Part shown: positions 1 through 10,133 of the stretch, one piece after another
How the letters are laid out: each line of letters opens with the position of its first letter
How positions within the stretch are numbered: the first letter of the stretch is position 1
DNA from: an uncultured Ectothiorhodospiraceae bacterium
GTDB taxonomy: Bacteria; Pseudomonadota; Gammaproteobacteria; UBA9214
DNA: 64,000 nt
Reading direction: 5' to 3'
Assembly: GCA_947259415.1 (NCBI GenBank)
Contig: CAMYMI010000007.1
Span: 35,565-99,564, forward strand
Made by a program: the position numbers and the translations under genes
The notes under the pieces: model-generated
Told to the model about the DNA's origin: nothing
The model's input: the letters and a program-made list of their open reading frames with translations, nothing else
The model's database searches: none

Positions 1-128
1 CTCCTGACGGACAGGTGCGGGCGACTCCCGCGCCCGTCGTTGACATATCATTTGTATTCAATTAGTTAGCGCGGACATCCTGCGGCCGGTGTCAAATCGC
101 GCCCGTGCCGGTTACTTATGGGGCCGCC

Positions 129-641
129 TCACGATGTTTTCAAGGGTGTCAGGTCTACGCCCTCGTGATCCAGCAGCCACAGCTTGCGCTGCAGTTCGGG
201 TCCGGCCGTGTGCCCGGCATAACCACCGATGCCGGAGGCCCCGACCACGCGGTGACAGGGCACGACGATCGTCAGCGGGTTGTGGCGACAGGCATTGCCC
301 AGGGCGCGGGCGCCACTGCCCAGCTGCACGGCAAGTTCACCGTAGCTCCGGGTCTGTCCGGTCGGGATGGCACTGAGCGCAGTGAGCACGCGTTGCTGGA
401 ACGGCGTTGCGGCTGGCGCAACAGGGACACTGAAGCGCTGCTGTGCATCCTCGAAGTAGCCTTCGAACTCTGCGGCCACCCGTGACGCAAACAGGGAAAC
501 CGGCACCTGCAAGGGCACTGTGTCCGGGAGGAACTCCACCCGGGACAGTTGTCCTGCCTGCAGGCGTATACCCAGCCGCCCCAGTGGCGACTCCAGCACA
601 CAATCAAACCCGGTTTCTGCGTCCTTCATCTCAGCGGGCAA
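129..641 (-). CDS. ogt: methylated-DNA--protein-cysteine methyltransferase (Ogt/MGMT)
   Basis: Translation contains the MGMT active-site motif PCHRVV and a typical ~170 aa length; the start may be the Met at 629 because a terminator hairpin abuts 641. Confidence 0.85.
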   Translation of the reverse strand: MPAEMKDAETGFDCVLESPLGRLGIRLQAGQLSRVEFLPDTVPLQVPVSLFASRVAAEFEGYFEDAQQRFSVPVAPAATPFQQRVLTALSAIPTGQTRSYGELAVQLGSGARALGNACRHNPLTIVVPCHRVVGASGIGGYAGHTAGPELQRKLWLLDHEGVDLTPLKTS

Positions 642-680
642 AAAAAACGGGCACCCTGTGACAGGGTGCCCGTTTGATCA
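641..680 (-). terminator. intrinsic terminator downstream of rplS (minus strand)
   Basis: 11-bp GC-rich stem cgggcaccctg/cagggtgcccg (648-672) with a 3-nt loop, followed on the minus strand by a run of 8 T (plus-strand A8 at 640-647). Confidence 0.6.
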
Positions 681-705
681 ACAGCAGCATGTCTGCCATC
701 CAGGT

Positions 706-1050
706 TCAGAGCTTCTCCTTGATACGCGCGGACTTGCCGGAGCGCTCACGGAGGTAATAAAGCTTGGCACGGCGGACATCCCCCCGGCGTTTGACCTTGA
801 TGGAGCCGATCGCCGGGCTGTGTGACTGGAATACACGCTCCACACCCTCTCCATGGGATATCTTGCGCACGGTGAAGGCCGAATTGAGGCCGCGGTTACG
901 CATGGCGATGACCACACCCTCGAACGCCTGCAGACGTTCGCGGTTCCCTTCCTTGACCTTGACCTGAACCACGACCGTGTCACCGGGACTGAAGTCCGGA
1001 ATATCCTTTTTCAACTGTTCCTGTTCAAGTTGTTCGATAATATTGCTCAT
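706..1050 (-). CDS. rplS: 50S ribosomal protein L19
   Basis: [12 protein letters not shown]... is a typical L19 sequence; start taken at the internal Met of the ORF 706..1086; lies in the conserved rpsP-rimM-trmD-rplS operon. Confidence 0.95.
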   Translation of the reverse strand: MSNIIEQLEQEQLKKDIPDFSPGDTVVVQVKVKEGNRERLQAFEGVVIAMRNRGLNSAFTVRKISHGEGVERVFQSHSPAIGSIKVKRRGDVRRAKLYYLRERSGKSARIKEKL

Positions 1051-1092
1051 TACCCGATCCTCTGTTTTGCATCCGGGCAGGAACACTGATGA

Positions 1093-1842
1093 TCAATGGT
1101 CCTGCCCGCCACTTTCCTTAATATACTCGTTCAATAATTCCAGCTGAACATCATCCAGCGCCATCGCCTCCAGCAGATCGGGGCGCCGTTGCCAGGTCCG
1201 CCCGAGTGCCTGCTTTTGTCGCCAGCGGCGAATATCCGCATGGTTACCACCCAGCAGGACTACCGGTACCCGTCGTCCGTCAACCTCTTCCGGCCGCGTG
1301 TAATGCGGGTAGTCCAGCAGACCGTCCATAAAGGAGTCCTGCTGCGCGGAATCCGCATCGCCCAGCGCACCGGGCAACATCCGCGTGATGGCGTCCACAA
1401 GCACCAGCACCGGCAACTCACCGCCACTCAGGACGTAGTCACCTATCGACCATTCCTCGTCCACTTCCATTTCGATGACACGTTCATCGATACCTTCGTA
1501 ACGGCCCGCTAACAGGATCAGCCGCTCGAAACCGGCAAGCTCACGGACCCGTGACTGGGTGAGCCGCTGACCCTGGGGTGACAGATATATCACCGGGGCC
1601 TTTCCCGCCGCCGCCCGGGCAGCCCGGATAGCATCCCGCAACGGTTGCACCTGCATCACCATGCCCGGACCACCGCCGTAGGGCCGGTCGTCGACCCCCC
1701 TGTGCTTTTCCCGGCTGTAATCGCGGGGATTCCAGGTCACCAGTTCCAGCAGGCCGAGTCTGAAGGCACGGCCCTGGATACCATAACCGCTTTGCGCCCG
1801 GATCATCTCCGGGAACAGTGTCACCACATCAATGCGCATCAT
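1093..1842 (-). CDS. trmD: tRNA (guanine37-N1)-methyltransferase
   Basis: [14 protein letters not shown]... TrmD N-terminus and SPOUT-fold length; operon context. Confidence 0.95.
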   Translation of the reverse strand: MMRIDVVTLFPEMIRAQSGYGIQGRAFRLGLLELVTWNPRDYSREKHRGVDDRPYGGGPGMVMQVQPLRDAIRAARAAAGKAPVIYLSPQGQRLTQSRVRELAGFERLILLAGRYEGIDERVIEMEVDEEWSIGDYVLSGGELPVLVLVDAITRMLPGALGDADSAQQDSFMDGLLDYPHYTRPEEVDGRRVPVVLLGGNHADIRRWRQKQALGRTWQRRPDLLEAMALDDVQLELLNEYIKESGGQDH

Positions 1843-1850
1843 CGGGCGTG

Positions 1851-2387
1851 TCAGAAATCCGGGTCCCAGTCGACCCGTATCTGGCGCCCGGCGAGATCGA
1901 CTGTATTGATCACCTGACCCTGTATAAACGGTACCAGGTATTCCCGTTCGCCCCTGATCACCAGTACGTCATTGGAACCGGTCTCGATCAAATGGTCGAC
2001 GATACCCAGTTCCTTGCCATCCAGAGTAACCACGTGCAGCCCGACAAGGTCATCCCAGTAATACTCATTGTCATCCGTAAGTGGCAATTGCTCCCGGAAA
2101 ATACCGATCTCGGTGCCCGAGTAGCTTGCCGCCATGTCACGGTCTCTGCAATCCGGCAGGCGCACAATCAGACCCTTGCCGTGACGTCGTCCCTCGACCA
2201 CGTCGACGGACTGCCAGACGTTATCCTGCCTGAGTTGCCAGGGCCTGTAGTCCAGCAGGTTCTCCAGCGGCTTCGTATAGGACACGACCCGTACCCAGCC
2301 CTTGACGCCGTAGGGGCCTGCGATATGCCCCATGATGATGGGACTGCTTGCAGCCCTGGTGCCCGGCGTGTCGTGAACAACCACCAT
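1851..2387 (-). CDS. rimM: 16S rRNA processing protein RimM
   Basis: [15 protein letters not shown] motif characteristic of RimM; sits between rpsP and trmD. Confidence 0.9.
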   Translation of the reverse strand: MVVVHDTPGTRAASSPIIMGHIAGPYGVKGWVRVVSYTKPLENLLDYRPWQLRQDNVWQSVDVVEGRRHGKGLIVRLPDCRDRDMAASYSGTEIGIFREQLPLTDDNEYYWDDLVGLHVVTLDGKELGIVDHLIETGSNDVLVIRGEREYLVPFIQGQVINTVDLAGRQIRVDWDPDF

Positions 2388-2423
2388 GTAAGTACCGGAT
2401 AACAGCTACCCGGGACGCAGTCG

Positions 2424-2669
2424 TTATTGCTGGCGGTGCTCTTTAAGCAATTTGCCGACGCGCTCGGAGATCTGGGCGCCCTTACCGCTCCAGTAATCTG
2501 CGCGCTCGGTATCAATCCTCAGACGCTCTTCACTACCCGTGGCAATCGGGTTGAAAAAGCCGATACGCTCGATGTAACGACCGTCTCGCCGGTTACGGCT
2601 GTCGGTCACTACGATGTGGTAGAAAGGACGTTTCTTGGCGCCACTGCGTGACATCCTGATCGTCACCAT
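2424..2669 (-). CDS. rpsP: 30S ribosomal protein S16
   Basis: [21 protein letters not shown]... canonical S16. Confidence 0.95.
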   Translation of the reverse strand: MVTIRMSRSGAKKRPFYHIVVTDSRNRRDGRYIERIGFFNPIATGSEERLRIDTERADYWSGKGAQISERVGKLLKEHRQQ

Positions 2670-3052
2670 GAACCTGTTTCCTCATTCAGCTGGGTAATGT
2701 CGCCGCCCCGTGCAGGCCGCAACCGTTTAAAACCGCGCAATTCTACGCGATCGGCAGAAAATGTGAAGGGCTGACAGGCAATCAGTGTAAATGATTAGCC
2801 ACTTGTAACGAACCGGATGATGTGACCTTGTCAATATAGCTGCTATCTGTCGAATATCATTACAGCCGGCCAGTTTGAGGCTATTTTTAAAAAGAAAATT
2901 CCTAACTACCTGTATCTATTAATTATTATTTCGACAAGTCAAGCGCCTCGTGGCGGCCGAATGTCGGTAATTATTACAATCAGCGGCATCGCTCTCTACT
3001 AACCGTCAAAGAGATGACTCTAAGTGAACGCAATCACTACCATTTTTTATCT

Positions 3053-3068
3053 TGGCACGGTGATTGCT
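3053..3068 (+). promoter_or_regulatory. candidate sigma-54 (RpoN) promoter, -24/-12 elements
   Basis: TGGCACggtgaTTGCT matches the TGGCAC-N5-TTGCW consensus exactly, with GG and GC spaced 12 nt; it lies in the 617-bp AT-rich rpsP-ffh spacer and points toward the hairpin at 3232. Confidence 0.4.
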
Positions 3069-3079
3069 GTCTTATCTAC

Positions 3080-3262
3080 GCTGATCAGTCGAAGTTTCGC
3101 GGAGGAGTTTTCACCCGGAGCATAAAAAATTCGAACTCATTGCATACAACAATAACCGGGTTCGCGCACGGCAATAATTAAAACAAGCGGTCAATAACAA
3201 GAAAAACCAGCCGAATTCGCGCAACATTTCACGGTGGCCCTGGCCACCGTTTTTATTTTCTG
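3080..3262 (+). ncRNA. candidate sigma-54-dependent small RNA (~180 nt), A-rich with ARN/CA motifs
   Basis: Bracketed by the sigma-54 consensus (start site predicted ~3080) and a plus-strand intrinsic terminator at 3232-3260; no ORF of 60 aa or more on either strand across 2670-3234; contains ACAACAAUAAC and CAAUAACAAGAAAAAC tracts resembling Hfq/Crc-binding ARN motifs. Confidence 0.3.
3232..3260 (+). terminator. intrinsic terminator (plus strand; may also act bidirectionally for ffh)
   Basis: 7-bp GC stem cggtggc/gccaccg with tetraloop, followed by GTTTTTATTTTCT; the U-tract is on the plus strand only, 27 nt downstream of the ffh stop on the other strand. Confidence 0.6.
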
Positions 3263-3286
3263 CCGGGCGCCGCCGGCACCACCAGT

Positions 3287-4654
3287 TCACATACCCTGGA
3301 ACGGAAAACCCTGGGGTGCCTTACCCTTGAGTCCACGCAGCATCTTGCCCATACCGCCCTTGGACATCTTCTTCATCATCTTGCGCATCTGGATGTATTG
3401 CTTGAGAAGCCGGTTCACATCCTGTACCTGGGTCCCGGATCCGGCCGCAATACGCCGCCGGCGTGAGCCCTTGATAACATCCGGAAAATGGCGTTCCTGC
3501 TGTGTCATGGAGCTGATGATCGCGACCATGCGACTGAGATCACGGTCATTCACCATTGACTTGGCGTTCTGTGGCAATTGACCCATACCCGGCAATTTGT
3601 CCATTAACCCGGACAAGCCACCCATGTTCTGCATCTGTTCGAGCTGTTCGCGGAAGTCATCCATGTCAAAACGCTTTCCCCTGGAGATCTTGTTGGCCAG
3701 CCGGGCGACCTTTTCCTTGTCAACCTTCTGCTCGGCCTCTTCCACCAGGCTGAGCACATCACCCATCCCCAGAATGCGCGAGGCCACCCGGTCAGGGTAG
3801 AACGGTTCCAGGGCGGCCGTCTTTTCTCCGACACCGATGAACTTGATGGGCTTGCCGGTAATCGAGCGAATTGACAGGGCCGCACCACCCCGGGCATCAC
3901 CGTCGGTCTTGGTGAGGATCACGCCGGTCAGTGGCAGGGCCTCGTTGAAGGTATGCGCGGTATTGGCCGCGTCCTGGCCGGTCATGCTGTCAACCACGAA
4001 GAGTGTCTCGACCGGCTGCAGTACCTGATGAATCTGATGGATCTCTTCCATCATTTCATCATCGATGTGAAGGCGGCCTGCGGTATCGATGATCACCACA
4101 TCGATGTGATGCCTGCGCGCATGCGCCACGGCATCCCGGGCGATAGCGACCGGCTCCTGGTCGGGATGACTCGGAAAGAATTTCGCACCGACCTCCCTGG
4201 ACAGGGTTTGCAACTGGTCGATCGCAGCCGGACGGTATATGTCACAACTCGCCAACAGTACCGACTTTTTGTGGCGTTCCTGTAACAGGCGTGCCAGCTT
4301 GGCACTGCTGGTGGTCTTGCCGGATCCCTGCAGACCGGCCATCAGGATAACCGCAGGCGGCTGGACACTGAGGTTCAGGGCATCGTTGGCCTCGCCCATG
4401 ACCCGGACGAGTTCATCGTTCACCACCTTGACCAGGGTCTGGCCCGGGGTCAGGCTTTTCAGCACCTCCTGGCCAGTAGCACGTTCCCGCACCCTGTCGA
4501 TGAAGTCCTTGACGACCGGCAGGGCGACATCGGCCTCGAGCAGTGCCATGCGGACTTCCCGCAAGGTCTCCTTGATATTGTCCTCGGTCAGCCGGCCCTG
4601 GCCACGCAGATTCTTGATGGTTCGGGAAAGGCGTTCAGTAAGATTGTCGAACAT
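3287..4654 (-). CDS. ffh: signal recognition particle protein Ffh
   Basis: NG domain with GLQGSGKTT P-loop and a Met-rich C-terminal M domain; conserved position upstream of rpsP. Confidence 0.95.
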   Translation of the reverse strand: MFDNLTERLSRTIKNLRGQGRLTEDNIKETLREVRMALLEADVALPVVKDFIDRVRERATGQEVLKSLTPGQTLVKVVNDELVRVMGEANDALNLSVQPPAVILMAGLQGSGKTTSSAKLARLLQERHKKSVLLASCDIYRPAAIDQLQTLSREVGAKFFPSHPDQEPVAIARDAVAHARRHHIDVVIIDTAGRLHIDDEMMEEIHQIHQVLQPVETLFVVDSMTGQDAANTAHTFNEALPLTGVILTKTDGDARGGAALSIRSITGKPIKFIGVGEKTAALEPFYPDRVASRILGMGDVLSLVEEAEQKVDKEKVARLANKISRGKRFDMDDFREQLEQMQNMGGLSGLMDKLPGMGQLPQNAKSMVNDRDLSRMVAIISSMTQQERHFPDVIKGSRRRRIAAGSGTQVQDVNRLLKQYIQMRKMMKKMSKGGMGKMLRGLKGKAPQGFPFQGM

Positions 4655-4821
4655 GGTTCAGGTATTGTTTGCAAACGGAATCGAAGTGCGCATTATAACC
4701 GGAATGAAAATACCAGGGGCTGGATCGTTTTCTGTGCCCTTGCCGCTTGACGGACAGCGCTTCAATGCCTTACAAAGTTATGCGATGATGACCTCATGAA
4801 ATCCGGACGCCAGCCTTTGCT

Positions 4822-5634
4822 ATGACATCCTACATTCCCGGATTGCTCGCCATCATACTTTACGTGCTGGCCAGCGGTCTGCTGACTGCACGACTGGCAC
4901 ATGGACCGGGCGAGAGGGCCAGCCAGAAAACCCAGATCCTGATTATCGCTGTCGCTGCAATAGTGATTCATGGCGGACTGCTCTACCAGTCGATTCTGAC
5001 GCCGGCCGGTATGGACCTCGGATTCTTCAACGCCGCCTCGCTGATCTCACTGTTGACCGCGACCCTGCTGTTGCTGGCCTCGTTCCAGGAGCCGGTCGAA
5101 AACCTGGGTATCCCGGTATTTGCAGTGGCCGCCCTCAGCATCGGCCTCGGCCTCCTCTATCCAACCGACCGGATCATTACCAGCGGGACCCAATCCTGGC
5201 AGCTGGATACCCATATCCTGATCTCGCTACTGGCCTACAGCGTGCTGGGCCTGGCCGTGCTGCAGGCGCTGCTGCTGGCCATCCAGGACTATCATCTGCA
5301 CAACCGCCAGCCCGGCGGTTTTATCCGCTCACTACCGCCGCTGCAGACCATGGAATCGCTGATGTTCCAGATGATCCGGATCGGTTTTGTCCTGTTGAGC
5401 CTGGCGCTGTTCACCGGAGTCCTGTTCCTGGAGGATATCTTTGCCCAGCATCTGGTGCACAAGACTGTCCTGTCCATCGTCGCCTGGCTGGTGTTCGCCA
5501 CCCTGCTCTGGGGTCGCTGGCGTTTTGGCTGGCGCGGTCAGGTTGCCATCCGCTGGACCGTGGGTGGATTCGTGTTTCTGATGCTCGCCTATTTCGGCAG
5601 CAAACTGGTGCTGGAGCTGATTCTCAACCGCTGA
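4822..5634 (+). CDS. ypjD: inner membrane protein, CcsA/cytochrome c assembly family (YpjD-like)
   Basis: Polytopic membrane protein divergent from ffh, as ypjD is in E. coli and Pseudomonas; 270 aa. Confidence 0.75.
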   Translation: MTSYIPGLLAIILYVLASGLLTARLAHGPGERASQKTQILIIAVAAIVIHGGLLYQSILTPAGMDLGFFNAASLISLLTATLLLLASFQEPVENLGIPVFAVAALSIGLGLLYPTDRIITSGTQSWQLDTHILISLLAYSVLGLAVLQALLLAIQDYHLHNRQPGGFIRSLPPLQTMESLMFQMIRIGFVLLSLALFTGVLFLEDIFAQHLVHKTVLSIVAWLVFATLLWGRWRFGWRGQVAIRWTVGGFVFLMLAYFGSKLVLELILNR

Positions 5635-5708
5635 TGGCCGCAATTCCTGACAGGCCCGGCAAAATTACGTAAACTGGCGACTGGCCACTATCACGAGACT
5701 GTCCCCGT

Positions 5709-7001
5709 TTGGACGACATCCCGCTCAACATACTTCTGGTCGCGCTGTTTTTTCTCATCCTGCTCTCCGCCTTCTTCTCCGGCTCCGAAACCGGTCTGAT
5801 GACGCTGAATCGTTACCGGCTTCGCAATCTGGCAGAAAGCGGTCACCCCAATGCCCGCCGAGCCGAGCGTTTACTGAAACGACCGGACCGGTTGATCGGA
5901 CTGATCCTGCTCGGCAACAATTTTGTCAACATCCTGGCCTCCATGCTTGCCACGATCATTGCCCTGCGCCTTCTGGGGGAGGCCGGGATCGCGATTGCGG
6001 CCGGACTGCTGACACTGGTTGTGCTGATATTCGCCGAGGTGGCACCGAAAACACTGGGCGCATTGCATCCGGAGCGCATCGCCTTTCCGGCGGCCTTTGT
6101 CTATACACCGCTACTCAAAGTACTTTATCCGCTGGTGTGGCTGGTCAATCTCCTGGCCAACACCCTGCTGAAACGGCTGGGGGTATCGACAGAAGAAGGC
6201 GGGTCCACCGCCCTCTCACACGAGGAGCTGCGCACCGTGGTCATCGAAGCGGGTGCTATGATCCCGGCACGTCACCAGGAAATGCTGCTCAACCTGATGG
6301 ATCTCGAACAAGTGACCGTCGAAGACATCATGGTGCCGCGCAACGAGATTACCGGTGTCGACATCGACGACGACTGGGAGGCGATCACCAAGCAGCTTGC
6401 CGCCAGTCAGTACACACGGCTGCCACTGTACCGCGACAATATCGACCAGGTCATAGGCATCCTGCACATGCGTGATGTGCTGCCACTATTGAACCTCAAG
6501 GAACTCGACCGGGTTGCCTTGCGGCGCATCGTACGCGAACCCTACTTCATCCCGGAGGCGACCACGCTGAATCACCAGCTGCTTAATTTTCAGCGAGAAA
6601 AACGCCGTATCGGCTTCGCCGTCAATGAATACGGCGATATCCAGGGCCTGGTGACACTCGAGGACATCCTGGAAGAGATTGTCGGCGAGTTTACCTCGGA
6701 CCCTGCCGCACATTTCGAAAACATCATTACGCAGCCGGACGGTACCTGGCTGGTTGATGGTTCGGTCAATATCCGTACCCTGAATTCGGTACTGCGAATG
6801 CAGCTCCCCACCGACGGGCCGAAGACCCTGAATGGCCTGATCACCGAATACCTGGAGATGATCCCGGAAACCGATACCAGCCTGTTACTCGACCAGCACC
6901 CGGTCGATATCATCCAGATCAGGGAGAATATGGTGAAGACGGCTCGCATCCATCCGGCGCTCCCTGAAACCGGCGAACAGGAACCGGCAGACCAATCATG
7001 A
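5709..7001 (+). CDS. CNNM/CorC-HlyC family transporter (CorB/YfjD-like): DUF21 + CBS pair + CorC_HlyC
   Basis: N-terminal 4-TM DUF21, tandem CBS, C-terminal transporter-associated domain; TTG start at 5709; follows ypjD as in E. coli. Confidence 0.85.
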   Translation: MDDIPLNILLVALFFLILLSAFFSGSETGLMTLNRYRLRNLAESGHPNARRAERLLKRPDRLIGLILLGNNFVNILASMLATIIALRLLGEAGIAIAAGLLTLVVLIFAEVAPKTLGALHPERIAFPAAFVYTPLLKVLYPLVWLVNLLANTLLKRLGVSTEEGGSTALSHEELRTVVIEAGAMIPARHQEMLLNLMDLEQVTVEDIMVPRNEITGVDIDDDWEAITKQLAASQYTRLPLYRDNIDQVIGILHMRDVLPLLNLKELDRVALRRIVREPYFIPEATTLNHQLLNFQREKRRIGFAVNEYGDIQGLVTLEDILEEIVGEFTSDPAAHFENIITQPDGTWLVDGSVNIRTLNSVLRMQLPTDGPKTLNGLITEYLEMIPETDTSLLLDQHPVDIIQIRENMVKTARIHPALPETGEQEPADQS

Positions 7002-7267
7002 AACTCTTGTTCAATCTTGATGTCATCGAAGGTAACCGGATAAAGGCACGTCCCAGTGACTATCTACGCTCGCTACCACATGAGCGGCAACTCGAGGAAG
7101 TCACGGAATTCCTGCGCTGGGCCGAGAACGAGGCCAGGACGAACCAGGATCCCAAGACCCGTGCAGAGGCCGAGATCGGCGTAGTCACCGCGCGGGAATT
7201 CCTGGAGAAACTGGGACAGGCGGAATCCGTCATCTACACGGGTGACAATGACAGGAGCCGATCATGA
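6998..7267 (+). CDS. hypothetical protein (89 aa), translationally coupled on both sides
   Basis: ATGA overlap with the corB-like stop (6998-7001) and with the msrB start (7264-7267); no recognisable motif. Confidence 0.45.
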   Translation: MKLLFNLDVIEGNRIKARPSDYLRSLPHERQLEEVTEFLRWAENEARTNQDPKTRAEAEIGVVTAREFLEKLGQAESVIYTGDNDRSRS

Positions 7268-7665
7268 CCGACAAGATCGATAAAACCGACGCCGAATGGC
7301 GCAGGCAATTAACGCAGGAACAATACGAGGTCACGCGCTGCAAGGGCACGGAACGCGCCTTCACGGGTATTTACCATGACTGCAGGGACAGCGGCATCTA
7401 CCGCTGTGTCTGCTGTGGTGCCGAGCTGTTCAAATCGGATGACAAGTTTGATTCCGGTACCGGCTGGCCGAGTTTCACGCGGGCGGCGGACGCACAGAAT
7501 ATTCATACCGAGACCGACACCAGCCATGGCATGGTGCGCACCGAGGTCACTTGCCGGCACTGTGGCGCCCACCTGGGACATGTCTTCGAGGACGGGCCGG
7601 CCCCGACCGGCCAGCGCTACTGCATCAATTCCCTGTCGCTGAACCTGGTGAAAGACGAAGGCTGA
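7264..7665 (+). CDS. msrB: peptide-methionine (R)-S-oxide reductase MsrB
   Basis: Two CxxC pairs (CVCCGAELF and [16 protein letters not shown]), the SelR signature. Confidence 0.9.
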   Translation: MTDKIDKTDAEWRRQLTQEQYEVTRCKGTERAFTGIYHDCRDSGIYRCVCCGAELFKSDDKFDSGTGWPSFTRAADAQNIHTETDTSHGMVRTEVTCRHCGAHLGHVFEDGPAPTGQRYCINSLSLNLVKDEG

Positions 7666-7814
7666 GCCGCAGCCCGCGCCAGCGGCTGGCTGACCAGCTG
7701 CCTGGCCTGATAACGACACGCCAAATGCCAAAAATGTGGCGTATGCACGTTGCCCTGACCATATAAATCCTATACTTGTCCCAATGATCCGCTTTCCTTG
7801 AGCGAGGAATCGGC

Positions 7815-8777
7815 ATGGCGAAACTCATATTGTCCTATCAAGGTCAGCCGAGAAAAAACTACTTCCTTGGCAACGAGGAAGTAGTTGTCGGCCGTGACCA
7901 GCGCTGTAGCGTGCATATCAACGATCCCGGGATGCTGCCGGAGCATGCCAGAATTACCCTGGACAACGGCGTCTACACGATCAGCGCGGAGGGAGTCGAC
8001 CGGGAATTACTGGTCAACCATGGGCACGTGCGCCAGCATGCCCTCAGGGACGGCGACATCATCCACTGCGGTGACTACACCCTGACATACGCCGAGGACC
8101 ACGGCCTGGCGGGAAGCCTGCTGAAGGCGATCCCCCCCGCCACCGGCTGGCTGCAGATACTAACGGGCCCCAACGAGGGCCGTGTGATCATCCTGAACAG
8201 ACCGGCACTGCGTCTTGGCAAGGCCGGTGTCATGACCGCAATCATAACCCGTCAGGACGACGGCTATTACCTGACTCACCTCGATGGCAGCAAACACCCG
8301 CAGATCAATGAGACGACAGTCGCTGACAGGGCATATCCCCTGAATCACGGTGACCACATCCACTTCGGCGAGATCGAGCTCAAGGTCCTGCTGGGCTACG
8401 CCACGGCCGATGAGGTCGACACTCAGCCACCCCCGCAGAGACGTCACACCCGTATCTCCCTGGATACCCCTGCCTCACTCACCCTGGGGGGGCTGCACTG
8501 GGACACCCGCGTGATCGACCTCTCGCTCGGCGGTGCACTGATCACGCGCCCGGTCGACTGGTCGAACAGTACCTGGGAACGCTACCGCCTGCGCTTCGAG
8601 GTGGAGGATCACGCCCCGCTGAATATCGAGACCGTCATCCGGCACGTTAGCGAAAAACACCTTGGGCTGGCCTTCAGCAACATGGATGACCGCACCCGGG
8701 GTGTGCTGCACTGGCTGATCGAGACGAACCTGGGGGATCCGGCGCTGTTTGAATACGAACTGTCAGTCCAGAGATGA
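7815..8777 (+). CDS. tandem FHA-domain protein with C-terminal PilZ (c-di-GMP-binding) domain
   Basis: FHA-1: GRDQRCSVHINDPGMLPEHARI...NGV; FHA-2: LGKAGVMTAIITRQDDGYYLTHLDGS; PilZ motifs RRHTR (RxxxR) and DLSLGG (DxSxGG) about 20 aa apart. Confidence 0.7.
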   Translation: MAKLILSYQGQPRKNYFLGNEEVVVGRDQRCSVHINDPGMLPEHARITLDNGVYTISAEGVDRELLVNHGHVRQHALRDGDIIHCGDYTLTYAEDHGLAGSLLKAIPPATGWLQILTGPNEGRVIILNRPALRLGKAGVMTAIITRQDDGYYLTHLDGSKHPQINETTVADRAYPLNHGDHIHFGEIELKVLLGYATADEVDTQPPPQRRHTRISLDTPASLTLGGLHWDTRVIDLSLGGALITRPVDWSNSTWERYRLRFEVEDHAPLNIETVIRHVSEKHLGLAFSNMDDRTRGVLHWLIETNLGDPALFEYELSVQR

Positions 8778-10133
8778 CAGCTGTTCGAGCACGTCACTGA
8801 GCCGCGTCACCGCCCTGATCTCCAGCCCCTCGACGGCACCTTTGGGCTTGTTTGCCACCGGAATGATGGCGCGGTGAAAGCCGTGCTTGACCGCCTCGCT
8901 GAGCCGGTCCTGACCATTAGGCACCGGGCGCAGCTCGCCCGACAGTCCCACCTCACCGAACACGATCAGGTCAGCGGGCAGGGGCCGGTTCCTGAAACTG
9001 GAGATGACCGCCAGTAGCACCGCCAGGTCGGCCGCGGTCTCCGTGACACGGACACCGCCGACCACATTGACGAACACATCCTGGTCGCCCATGACAAGAC
9101 CGCCATGGCGGTGCAGTACGGCCAGCAGCATGGACAGGCGGTTCTGTTCGAGGCCCAGGGTCACCCGCCGGGGGTTGCCCAGCTGGCTCTGATCCACCAG
9201 GGCCTGCACCTCGACCAGCAACGGCCGGGTACCCTCCCAGGTGACCATCACCACGCTGCCGGGCACACCGGTCTCATGACGTGACAAAAAGATGGCCGAG
9301 GGATTGCGCACTTCCTTGAGGCCTGTCTCTGTCATGGCAAACACGCCCAACTCGTTGACGGCACCGAAGCGGTTCTTGATGGCGCGCAGCATGCGGTAAC
9401 GGTCACCGGCATCGCCCTCGAAATACAGCACCGTGTCGACCATGTGCTCCAGTACCCGCGGACCAGCCAGCGTCCCTTCCTTGGTGACATGACCGACCAG
9501 GAACATCGCGGTACCGGACTGTTTGGCAAAACTCACCAGCTGGGCGGCACTCTCCCTGACCTGGGCCACCGAACCCGGCGCCGATTGCAGGGTCTCTGTG
9601 TACAGTGTCTGGATGGAGTCCAGCACCATCACCCGGGGCCTTTCTTTGCGCGCCGTCTCGATGATGCGCTCCACCGAGGTCTCCGACATCAGGCGCACAT
9701 CACCCCCGTCGAGCCCGATCCGTTCCGCCCGCAGCGAGATCTGTTCCGGTGATTCCTCGCCCGTTACATACAACGAGGCCATGCCGCAGGAGAGGGCCGC
9801 GAGGACCTGCAGCAGCAGGGTCGACTTGCCGATCCCCGGATCACCCCCGATCAGCACCACGGAGCCGGTGACCAGGCCACCCCCGAGGACCCGGTCAAGC
9901 TCCTGCAGGCCGACACTGGTACGCAGGTGAGAATCCGGCTGAACGGCTGAAAGCGGGATCACCGTCGCCGCGCTGTCTCCGGCATAGCCGGCGAAACGTC
10001 CGGAACGGGTGGGCGCCACCGCGACCGCCTCGACCAGCGTGTTCCAGGCACCGCAGTCGGTACAGCGGCCGGACCACTGGGGTGACCGGGCTCCGCAGTC
10101 GCTGCAGGTATAGACTGTCTTGGCTTTAGCCAT
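8763..10133 (-). CDS. radA: DNA repair protein RadA (Sms)
   Basis: N-terminal C4 zinc ribbon (CSDCG...CTDCGAWN), RecA-like GDPGIGKST P-loop, Lon-like C-terminal domain. Confidence 0.95.
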   Translation of the reverse strand: MAKAKTVYTCSDCGARSPQWSGRCTDCGAWNTLVEAVAVAPTRSGRFAGYAGDSAATVIPLSAVQPDSHLRTSVGLQELDRVLGGGLVTGSVVLIGGDPGIGKSTLLLQVLAALSCGMASLYVTGEESPEQISLRAERIGLDGGDVRLMSETSVERIIETARKERPRVMVLDSIQTLYTETLQSAPGSVAQVRESAAQLVSFAKQSGTAMFLVGHVTKEGTLAGPRVLEHMVDTVLYFEGDAGDRYRMLRAIKNRFGAVNELGVFAMTETGLKEVRNPSAIFLSRHETGVPGSVVMVTWEGTRPLLVEVQALVDQSQLGNPRRVTLGLEQNRLSMLLAVLHRHGGLVMGDQDVFVNVVGGVRVTETAADLAVLLAVISSFRNRPLPADLIVFGEVGLSGELRPVPNGQDRLSEAVKHGFHRAIIPVANKPKGAVEGLEIRAVTRLSDVLEQLSSLD

